Source: a virus (Duplodnaviria; Caudoviricetes). From it: a DNA stretch of 30,873 nt. Shown here piece by piece: positions 1 to 7,500 of the stretch (position 1 is its first letter; every line of letters starts with the position of its first letter). Position numbers and translations under genes: made by a program. The notes beneath the pieces are model-generated. The model was not told the origin of the DNA, searched no databases, and saw only the letters and a program-made list of their open reading frames with translations. The stretch lies in IMG/VR virus record IMGVR_UViG_3300037458_000305, positions 1-30,873 of that record, one strand, 5' to 3'.

Positions 1-1
1 C

Positions 2-544
2 GCCGACGAGATCGAGCGTCTACGGGCGTGCCTATTCCAGATGCAGGGCGCGACTATGGATTTGCGCGCCCGCCTCGCGGACGCCGAAGCGCAAATCGAA
101 TCGCTGCAAAACCGCTGGGCGGCGCGACCGCTATCGCACGCGGATGGTGAGGTGTTGGCGAGGGAGAATGACGAGTTGCGGGCCGAGCTTGCCACTATCA
201 AAGCAGATCACGCCGACTGCGAGGAGTTCGCCCGCAGGCTGATGGACGAGCGGGATGCGGCGCTGGCCCGCCTCGCGGAAGCGGAGCTAATCGCCGCCTC
301 ATGGAAACGAGAGGCGGAAATCAATGAGCAAATAGCTACGGAAGCGGAGCGGGACGCGGCGCGGTATCGGTGGCTTCGAAAAGCCCGCGAACACTGGGAT
401 GTCCTCCACCGCGAGGATGAAGATGCGTATTGGCAGGACTTGGCTGGAAATGAACTTGACGCCGCCATTGACGCCGCCGCTACTGACAGGGAGACAGGCC
501 GCGAGAGAATCGGAGGGTTTCGGCGTGTTTCTAACTGCCGATGA
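2..544 (+). CDS. Phage hypothetical coiled-coil protein (5' end probably outside the window)
   Basis: Frame is open from base 2 (ADEIERLR...) through the ATG at 41. Contains the DAARYRWLR and LDAAIDAA motifs common in phage early-region proteins. Confidence 0.7.
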   Translation, partial: ADEIERLRACLFQMQGATMDLRARLADAEAQIESLQNRWAARPLSHADGEVLARENDELRAELATIKADHADCEEFARRLMDERDAALARLAEAELIAASWKREAEINEQIATEAERDAARYRWLRKAREHWDVLHREDEDAYWQDLAGNELDAAIDAAATDRETGRERIGGFRRVSNCR

Positions 545-728
545 ACTCCGCGACCTCACCGGCTACCGCCGCGCGTCCGCCCAGGTGCGCTGGTTGCGCC
601 GCAACGGCTACCGGTTCACAGTGAACGGCCTCGGGGCGCCGGTGGTGGCAGTCGCCGAGGTCACGCGCCGGCTGGTCGGGGGATCGGCGCCAAGGCAGGA
701 GCCCAGACTCGAGGCGGTCAATGGGTAG
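525..728 (+). CDS. Probable excisionase / DUF4224-like small DNA-binding protein (67 aa)
   Basis: GTG at 525 after GGAGG (512-516). MFLTADELRDLTGYRRASAQVRWLRRNG fits the pattern; overlaps the integrase start. Confidence 0.8.
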   Translation: MFLTADELRDLTGYRRASAQVRWLRRNGYRFTVNGLGAPVVAVAEVTRRLVGGSAPRQEPRLEAVNG

Positions 729-1713
729 GCGTCGCACGCGCGACCGGCATCTGCCGGCGCGGATGTACCTGAAGCACGGGGCGTACTACTTCCAGAACCC
801 CGCCACACGGGCTTGGGAGCCGCTGGGCAAGGATCTGGCGCAGGCCCTGGCCGAGTACGGGCGGAAGGTCGGCGGCGCCTGGAGCGGCCGGACGCTCGGC
901 GACGTGATCGACCGATACCAGACTGAGGTCCTGCCGCTGAAGTCCCGGCACACGGCTGACCTGCAGCGACCGCAGCTGGCCCGCCTTAAGAGGGTCTTCG
1001 GGCGCTGCCAGCCGGACACGGTCGAACCCAAGCACCTTTACGGGTACATGGACGCCAGACGCGACGCGAACGACCGCCCAGCGCCGTCCGCCGCGCGGCA
1101 CGAGATCTCGCTGCTCGGCCACGTGTACGCGAAGGCGATCCGCTGGGGAGTGGCAGCCGGAAACCCCGTCCGCAAGCTTGAGAAGGCCCCCAAGCCGACG
1201 CGGAAACGCTACGTGACGGACGAGGAGTTCATGGCGGTCTGGCGGCTGGCGGCGGAGCGCATGCGGGTCGCGATGGACCTGGCACTACTGACGGGACTGA
1301 GGCGGGGGGATCTGCTGACCCTGAAGCGGGCGCAGCTGCTCGAGGCGGGGATCGCGGTTGAGACAGCCAAGACGGGGGCCGGCCTGCTCATCGAGTGGAC
1401 GGCGGAACTGCGGGAGGTGGTGGAGCGGGCGAAGCGGCTGGCGCCGCAGGTGCCCGGGACCTACCTGCTGCGGACCCGGCGGGGCGGGCCCTACTCGGCG
1501 GCGGGCTTCTCGGCGATCTGGAAGCGGCTAATCGCGAAGGCGGTGGCGAAGGGCGTGATCTCGGAGCCGTTCACATTCCACGACCTGCGGCGGAAGTCGG
1601 CCTCGGACAGCGCCACCATCGGCGAGGCGCAGGCCCGGCTCGGCCACACCTCCGAGGCCGTCACCCGCCGGTTCTACATGGCGAAGCCGGCGAAGGTCAG
1701 GCCGCTGCGATGA
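721..1713 (+). CDS. int: Tyrosine recombinase (phage integrase)
   Basis: Catalytic motifs TGLRRGD (R), AKTG (K), HDLRR (HxxR), LGH and a terminal Y (RRFY); N-terminal arm-binding-like region; next to attP. Confidence 0.96.
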   Translation: MGRRRTRDRHLPARMYLKHGAYYFQNPATRAWEPLGKDLAQALAEYGRKVGGAWSGRTLGDVIDRYQTEVLPLKSRHTADLQRPQLARLKRVFGRCQPDTVEPKHLYGYMDARRDANDRPAPSAARHEISLLGHVYAKAIRWGVAAGNPVRKLEKAPKPTRKRYVTDEEFMAVWRLAAERMRVAMDLALLTGLRRGDLLTLKRAQLLEAGIAVETAKTGAGLLIEWTAELREVVERAKRLAPQVPGTYLLRTRRGGPYSAAGFSAIWKRLIAKAVAKGVISEPFTFHDLRRKSASDSATIGEAQARLGHTSEAVTRRFYMAKPAKVRPLR

Positions 1714-1928
1714 CTAGGCGCAGCTTCACGGTCCAACGTGGCGATTGGATCCGAACATCCACGACGAGCCGTCAGTGGACTTGCTCCGGGCACTGCGCCG
1801 GCTGCGCCAAGCTGACAGCGGGCCCGGTGTATCTCAGCATCAGCACCGGGCAGGTGCTTTGCCAGCCGTGCTGGTCCGCCCAGGAAATAGCGGACATGGC
1901 CCCGGAGGCGGACAGTGACCGCGTGTAA
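1710..1928 (+). CDS. Small putative zinc-binding protein (72 aa)
   Basis: ATGA overlap with the int stop; CAGC...CQPC pairs; ends 2 nt before the att core. Confidence 0.45.
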   Translation: MTRRSFTVQRGDWIRTSTTSRQWTCSGHCAGCAKLTAGPVYLSISTGQVLCQPCWSAQEIADMAPEADSDRV

Positions 1929-1930
1929 GT

Positions 1931-1975
1931 TGGCGCGCCCGGAGAGATTCGAACTCCCGACCTCATGGTTCGTAG
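1931..1975 (-). other. attP core: 3' half of tRNA-Arg(ACG), from anticodon loop to CCA; not a complete tRNA
   Basis: Minus strand reads CTACGAACCATGAGGTCGGGAGTTCGAATCTCTCCGGGCGCGCCA (ACG anticodon, T-loop GTTCGAATC, CCA). Upstream CATTC cannot fully pair with CCATG, and no D-arm or 5' acceptor strand is present. Confidence 0.9.
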
Positions 1976-2062
1976 GAATGCCGTCTCTCGCGCGTAACCG
2001 CTTGGGCCGCCGGGCTCTTTTCGGCCGCGCCCTGTCCGCTATTTCAGGAAGACCGCCGAGTG

Positions 2063-2075
2063 TAGGTGGTTGATT
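2063..2075 (-). promoter_or_regulatory. Putative IHF binding site in attP
   Basis: Minus strand AATCAACCACCTA matches WATCAANNNNTTR with one mismatch and lies between arm repeats. Confidence 0.5.
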
Positions 2076-2110
2076 CTGCGAGATCCGGCCAAGTGATAGC
2101 GGACAGCGAA

Positions 2111-2641
2111 TTACTGGCTCGCCGTCTCCCACCACCTGATCCAGCCGTCGAGCCTTTCGGCATCGCGGGCGCAGGCCGCGAAGTGCTCCTCTAGGGCTTG
2201 GTCAACAGCCGTTCGAGCCTCTCCGCTGTCGCCGGGCTCTCCGCCGGCGCCATCAGGGCGGGCGGTGGCGAGGGCGGCTTCGCGCAGACTTCGCTCACGC
2301 TCACGGGCGGTGTACTCGCGCAGGCGCTGAGCCAGGTCACGGCCGCGAGCATCGGCAATGCGGATCTCTTCACGTAGGGCCTCCTGCTGTCGTCTGGACT
2401 CCGCGGCGAGGACGTCCTCCCGCTCCCGCGCAGCCTTCACGAGAGCCGCCGTGGCGGCCTCCCGAGCTTCCCGGTCGCTGTCCCAGGCCGCCTGAACCCG
2501 GGCCGCTCCTGCGGCCTCTCCGCGGCCGTGGTGCCAGTTCGCCTGCCACCAGTACCCGGCGATCAGGGCCGCGGCCAGGGCGAGCCAGGGCAGGGTCCGG
2601 GCGAGGTAGCGGCTCCCGAGCATGGCGGCGAGCTGGATCAT
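2111..2641 (-). CDS. Rz: Inner-membrane spanin (Rz-like, 176 aa)
   Basis: ATG 2641 overlaps the holin stop; N-terminal TM (LPWLALAAALIAGYWW) then a coiled coil; contains an embedded lipoprotein gene. Confidence 0.85.
   Translation of the reverse strand: MIQLAAMLGSRYLARTLPWLALAAALIAGYWWQANWHHGRGEAAGAARVQAAWDSDREAREAATAALVKAAREREDVLAAESRRQQEALREEIRIADARGRDLAQRLREYTARERERSLREAALATARPDGAGGEPGDSGEARTAVDQALEEHFAACARDAERLDGWIRWWETASQ
2191..2373 (-). CDS. Rz1: Outer-membrane spanin lipoprotein (Rz1-like), embedded in Rz in another frame
   Basis: Signal peptide with lipobox LSAC and a Pro-rich mature part (KPPSPPPALMAP). Confidence 0.85.
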   Translation of the reverse strand: MKRSALPMLAAVTWLSACASTPPVSVSEVCAKPPSPPPALMAPAESPATAERLERLLTKP

Positions 2642-2859
2642 GGCGGCGACTCCTGCGGCCGGGACCGGCTGAACCAGAAGTTGAGGACCAGCATGACGCC
2701 GGCGGTCAGGACGGCCAGCAGCGCGGCCAGGGTGTCCTTCCACTCGACCGGGGTTGCCACCTTGCCGGTGATGAACAGCGCCAGCATGGCGAAGTAGCCG
2801 ATCAGGAAGACCGCCGACAGCGCGATCTGGGCGCGCGCAACGGTAACCGATGTCGTCAC
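2638..2859 (-). CDS. Putative holin (73 aa, 2 TM)
   Basis: GTG 2859 overlaps the endolysin stop; two hydrophobic helices; C-terminal VLNFWFSRS; lies between endolysin and spanins. Confidence 0.7.
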   Translation of the reverse strand: MTTSVTVARAQIALSAVFLIGYFAMLALFITGKVATPVEWKDTLAALLAVLTAGVMLVLNFWFSRSRPQESPP

Positions 2860-3344
2860 GACTCGCCGCTCGAGCTCGGCGCGGCGGACTGGATGAGCGG
2901 CAGGACGTGCACCGGCAGGTGGGCGTCGGTCGGCGGCCAGCGGTAGCCGAGGATGCGCCAGGTCTCGAACGGCGCGATCGACACGCGGTTGCCCTGGTTG
3001 CCGCCGAGGCACATCACGCGGTTCCTGGCGTCGCGGCCGACCACGAAGCCGACGTGCCCACCCCCGCCGCGCTCGAACACGACGATCGAGCCGTAGGCCA
3101 TGCGGTCGATCTGGTGGCCGTACTCGAGGTAGGCCCGCGCCCGGAACCATGCGCGGGGCTTGGGCTGGCCGGTTTCGGTCAGGCAGGCCGCGACGAAGGT
3201 GCCGCACCACGCGGTTTCGTCGTCACTCCACCAGCCGCCGAGAGCGCCGAGCCAGCGGGCAATGGTCGGATGCGTGCCGGGCCCGGGGATCTCGGCGAGG
3301 CCGAGGTAAGACCGCGCCCTGGCGATCCACGGCGGCTCGGTCAC
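2856..3344 (-). CDS. Endolysin, TIGR02594-type (CHAP/NlpC-P60-like peptidase)
   Basis: PWIARARSYLG, DETAWCGTFV (Cys), GGGHVGFV (His) and LGGNQGNRV motifs. Confidence 0.88.
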   Translation of the reverse strand: MTEPPWIARARSYLGLAEIPGPGTHPTIARWLGALGGWWSDDETAWCGTFVAACLTETGQPKPRAWFRARAYLEYGHQIDRMAYGSIVVFERGGGGHVGFVVGRDARNRVMCLGGNQGNRVSIAPFETWRILGYRWPPTDAHLPVHVLPLIQSAAPSSSGES

Positions 3345-3616
3345 TTATCCACCTTCGTGTCCAGCTTCGTCTCGATCCGCACGAGCGTCTGTTTGATCTC
3401 ACGCCAGTCCTCGCGGTACTCGGTGCGGCGGACGTATTCGCTCGGCACGATCTGCTCCAGCGCCTGCAAGCGGATCGCTTGCCGGTCCTGCTCTTTCATC
3501 AGGATCGAGACGTTGGCATACGCCCCGCCGGCTGTGGCTAGAACGGCTCCCAGCGCAATCAGGTCGCCCACGCTGAACGGCCCGAGGCGGAAATCGTTAT
3601 GTGGTTCTTCTGACAC
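3341..3616 (-). CDS. Single-TM coiled-coil protein, possible holin/antiholin
   Basis: TM DLIALGAVLATAGGAY; YVRRTEY...LVRIETKLD tail typical of genes just before endolysins; overlaps the endolysin start. Confidence 0.65.
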   Translation of the reverse strand: MSEEPHNDFRLGPFSVGDLIALGAVLATAGGAYANVSILMKEQDRQAIRLQALEQIVPSEYVRRTEYREDWREIKQTLVRIETKLDTKVDK

Positions 3617-3640
3617 TTGCAGTCCTTTAGCCGGCGGCGG

Positions 3641-3946
3641 TTACCATGTCTTGATCGGTTGATGGATTGCGAACTCGCCCGACGGCTCACGGCCATACAC
3701 CGGCTTATCGGTCAGTTCGTGATTGACGCATCCGTGCAGCTCCGGCGAATACCGGCCGCACGTCGCGCACAGCTTCACCGCGACGCACCCGCCAAGGGTG
3801 TCGGACGTATTCAGGTCGCGGTAGTCGGGGATGCTGCTGCGGTGGGAATACTTGGCGTAAACCTGCCCGCCCGCGCAGCCGGCAAGCAGGACCGCCGCAA
3901 GGGCGACGCCGAGCGGCGCCATCGCATCGCGGAGCCGGCGATTCAT
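3641..3946 (-). CDS. Putative lipoprotein
   Basis: Basic N-terminus, hydrophobic core, lipobox LAGC, four further Cys, terminal Trp. Confidence 0.7.
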   Translation of the reverse strand: MNRRLRDAMAPLGVALAAVLLAGCAGGQVYAKYSHRSSIPDYRDLNTSDTLGGCVAVKLCATCGRYSPELHGCVNHELTDKPVYGREPSGEFAIHQPIKTW

Positions 3947-4098
3947 TTAACCCGCGGGTCCTTACCGTCGCGGCTGTCCGGCTCGAATTCAGCGGGCGAC
4001 CCGCCGCCGCCACCGCCGAACTTCTTCCGCTTGCGCGACGCGCGGATGACCAGGTAGATCGCCGCGATGACAGCCGCGACAAAAAGCAGCTCTAGCAT
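3943..4098 (-). CDS. Small membrane protein (51 aa)
   Basis: AAGGAG RBS, ATG 4098, N-terminal TM followed by RKRKK and a Gly6 run. Confidence 0.65.
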   Translation of the reverse strand: MLELLFVAAVIAAIYLVIRASRKRKKFGGGGGGSPAEFEPDSRDGKDPRVK

Positions 4099-4112
4099 CT
4101 CTGTCTCCTTGA

Positions 4113-4505
4113 CTAGAAAGTATCCGAGGTCAGGGTCACCGTGGCGGTATCCAGCACGGAGCCGCCGGTCTCGCGAATCTCGACGAGAATGTCGGCAGAA
4201 CCGTTCGCGCCGGACACGCCCCAAGCTCTAGACGTGCCAAGCCCCAACCACGTGCCGGCCGTGCCAACTGAAAGCGCGCCAGACTGAACCGTGACGCGAG
4301 CCTCGAAGCCGCTGGCGGCGCCCGACACCAGCCACTCGCCGCTGATGTAGCTCGTCCCGTCCGTGGATGTGGAGTAGTAGGCCCGGCCGTCATTCAGCAG
4401 GCCGTATTGCGCTTCGGGGAACAGGCCCACGTCGAAAACCGACTGGTTACTGATGGCAACGGCACCGGAAGCGCCGCCCACCATCAGGAGCTGGATGATG
4501 CTCAC
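4113..4505 (-). CDS. Tail-tip-associated small protein, possible adhesin
   Basis: ATGA overlap with the tail tip gene; hydrophobic N-terminal MSIIQLLMVGG then a beta-rich domain. Confidence 0.65.
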   Translation of the reverse strand: MSIIQLLMVGGASGAVAISNQSVFDVGLFPEAQYGLLNDGRAYYSTSTDGTSYISGEWLVSGAASGFEARVTVQSGALSVGTAGTWLGLGTSRAWGVSGANGSADILVEIRETGGSVLDTATVTLTSDTF

Positions 4506-7500
4506 GTAACGCCAGCCCCCACCACCGCGAACTCATTGGCGGCGACGCAGAGGATCGTGGCGAGCCCGCGCTGCGCTAGCGTCCGGTTGCCAGTGGTAGC
4601 CGTGCCGGCGAGGCGCAGCGTCGTGCTGGCCCCCTGGGTAATGGTCTGATTCGACGCGCTGTTGTTGTAGACCGTGACGGCGTCACCGCGCTGAAAGACG
4701 CCGCTCGGGACAGTCACGCCACCGGTCGTGATCGATATGTGCTGGCCGATGTCGGCGCGGGACAGCGTGTATGCCGATGTCTTCGCCTTCTGCGGCACGG
4801 CCGCCTGCGTCCCGACGGTCGGCGTGACGTTGATGTAGTCGAATTCGAGCGTCCCGGCATTCGTTCCGCCCGGCTGATAGATCTGGAGGTAGATGCCGAG
4901 TACCGGATAGACGGGCGACGCCGCGCCCCTGTCCATCCGCACGACCCACACATCCTGTTGCCACTCGTGGACCGTCCGGGCGTTGATCTGGTCCCGGGAG
5001 AGGACGCCGTCGGTGCCGGGCCCGCTGACGACGGTGCCCGAGTCAAAGGCGAACTGCGGGACGCCCGGCGTGCCCGTGAAGCCCTCGACGCCAAACTTGG
5101 TCAGGCCCGCGGCGAGCATGAGTTGCGGGAAAAAGTGCTGCTGCGAGACGGAAGACGACAGGGAGTTCGTGCGACGCCAGCGGACGGTCACGGTCAGCAG
5201 CTCGCCGGCGACGCCCTGATTCAGTGGCGCTTTGACCACTGCGAGCTTCGTGCCGCCCTCGCCGCTGCTGTTGAACGTGCAGACGGCCTTGGCATTCGTG
5301 AGCCCGCCGGTAGTCTCCAGCGACCACGTCGGCTGCACCACAGAACCGTACACTGCTGGGGTGCGCGACCAGAATCTATCGAAAACGCCAGCACTGCGCT
5401 CGAAGGATGGGTCAGGCACCAGCGAGGACCGGCCGTCATCGCTTTCGACCTTCACCGGCGTCTGCCACGTGTAGTTGCTCGAAGGGTTCGGGCGCGTCCC
5501 GACGCTCGACCACATCGGATCCGAGTCGGCCGGCACGCTGTTCACGTTCGTGTACCAAGTGGCCGGAACGCCCGCCGAGGGCGACGGCGTGGCCGGCTGC
5601 GAGGCGGAACGCTTGAAAACCATATCAACGGCCTGCCCATCGGCGCCGTTCGTCCCGTTCGTCCCGTTCTGGAACGCCAGCACAGGGGCGGACCATGTGA
5701 GCGTCGAGTCGGTGCCGCTCGCCCCGGTGGTGGCCGCGACCGAAGTCGAGACATACACCGGATCGGTGCCGGCTGGGACACTCACCGACCACGACGCGGG
5801 TTGGGTGAGCGCCTGCGTGCCGAAGTTGAACGAACCGCCGGTCGGCGTCGCGGGAGCCGATGCGGCGCGTCGGTAAATCGTCAGCTCTGCGACGGACAAC
5901 CCATCCGCGCCATTACTGCCCGACAGCGTGCTGACGACATTGCCCGTGATGCTCGTCGCGTCGCCGTTGTACGAATAGGCGAAGCGCACGCCCATCGAAA
6001 GCGTGCCTTCGTTGATCTCTGTGACCGTGACGCGGGTCGTGTTCAGGTCGCCATCGATGTGTGTCGTGGTGGCGCCAGTGAGCAGGCCGTTCGCGTCCCG
6101 GGTGATGCGCCAGGCGCGACGCGCGACAGCGGCGCCGGCCTGGTAGAACGTGCAGTCGAGGTCAACCGTGGTGGCGGTCGGCGCCCAGGTCGTCTGATCC
6201 ACGCCACGGACCCACGCTGTCGGGCCGTCCGGGACGATGGCGGCGGTGACGGCATTCGCGCCCGGCGTGCCGTTCGTGCCGTCATTGCCGCTGATCTGGA
6301 CAGGCGTTGACCACGAGCCGACCAGTACGCCGGCGAATGTCTTCTCGCCCTGCGAGAACCACAGCGGATTGCCGTCGGCGGCCGGCGGCGCGTCGGACCA
6401 GCCCGACGGATTGTCACCCGTCGGGGTCGCCGGCTGCGTCGCGGAACGGCGGAACACCGTGTCGATGTAGTGGCCGGCCGGGCCTGCCGCGCCCTGCTCG
6501 CCGACGATGCGGATAGCCGCTGACCAGGTGCCAGACGTGCCGACTCGCTGGCGCATGTACAGGTCGCCGGCCGTGAAGGTCGAATGCCAGCCGGTGGAGC
6601 CATCCACGCTGTACTGGATCTCCACCGAGTCGCCGGCCGGACCCGTCGAGGGCGAAGTTGCCGTGCCGCTCGCGGTCGTGGTCGTGGCTGTCGGCGTCCA
6701 GGCCGAGTACAGCAGCCCGCCCGTCACCGCCTTGCGGGTGCGCGCCCAGTAGTAGCGCGTCGCGCCACCTGGCAGGGTGTGCACGAAGCTGTCGAACAGG
6801 CCCTCGGCGATCTTCGTGGCGTTCGTCCGGTCGTTATCGATGGACGCCCACACCTCGACCACGTCGAACTGGTCAACCGGCGGGATGGCGAGCGAGACCA
6901 GGACAAAGCCAACCTGACCCGAAGCCGAGATCGAGGTCGGCGCCGGGGGCGGTGCCTCGCCGTCTTCTTCGGGCGTCTCTGCCGCCGGGACGTACTGGAT
7001 GCGATAGCAGGCGTTCGACAGGTCCTGGAACTGGAAGAAGGCGGGGTCGAGGTAGCCCGCCGCCGGTTGAGTGATCGACAGGTTCGCGCTTTTTGGCAGC
7101 GGGTTTCCGTTGACGGGAACGACGCCTGTTGCGGCGGTGAACTTGCCGCCGAGATCGGGGATTGAAACGGCGGAGCCATCGAGCAGGATGTAGAGCGTCC
7201 CGGGGCCGCCCGCGCCTCCCGCGCCGGGGTACACGTCCGCCCCGTCAACCTGAACAATCGAGGTTGCTGCCGGATTTGCGCCTGAAAGGTTGATGGACGC
7301 GGAAGCGCCCAGGCCCATCCCGCGACATATGATGGCCAGGCCGGCGCCGGATGCGGACCCGGCGCCCCCATTGGCGATCACGGTCGTATCAAACGAGGCC
7401 TTCCCGCCACCGCCGCCCGATGTGCCGCGCAAGTCGGCGGGCAGGCCGATCAGGGCATTGCCGTCAACCTCAAGCGATAGCAGCGGTGCGGACGGGTACT

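Larger units (their letters stand above)
1884..2105. repeat. Putative integrase arm-type sites flanking the attP core
   Basis: GAAATAGCGGACA at 1884-1896 has an exact inverted copy at 2033-2045; ATAGCGGACA at 2096-2105; GCGGACA at 1908-1914. Confidence 0.7.

Noticed and set aside
1931-2005. Complete tRNA gene
   Set aside because: Only the 3' half is present; the anticodon stem and D-arm cannot form.
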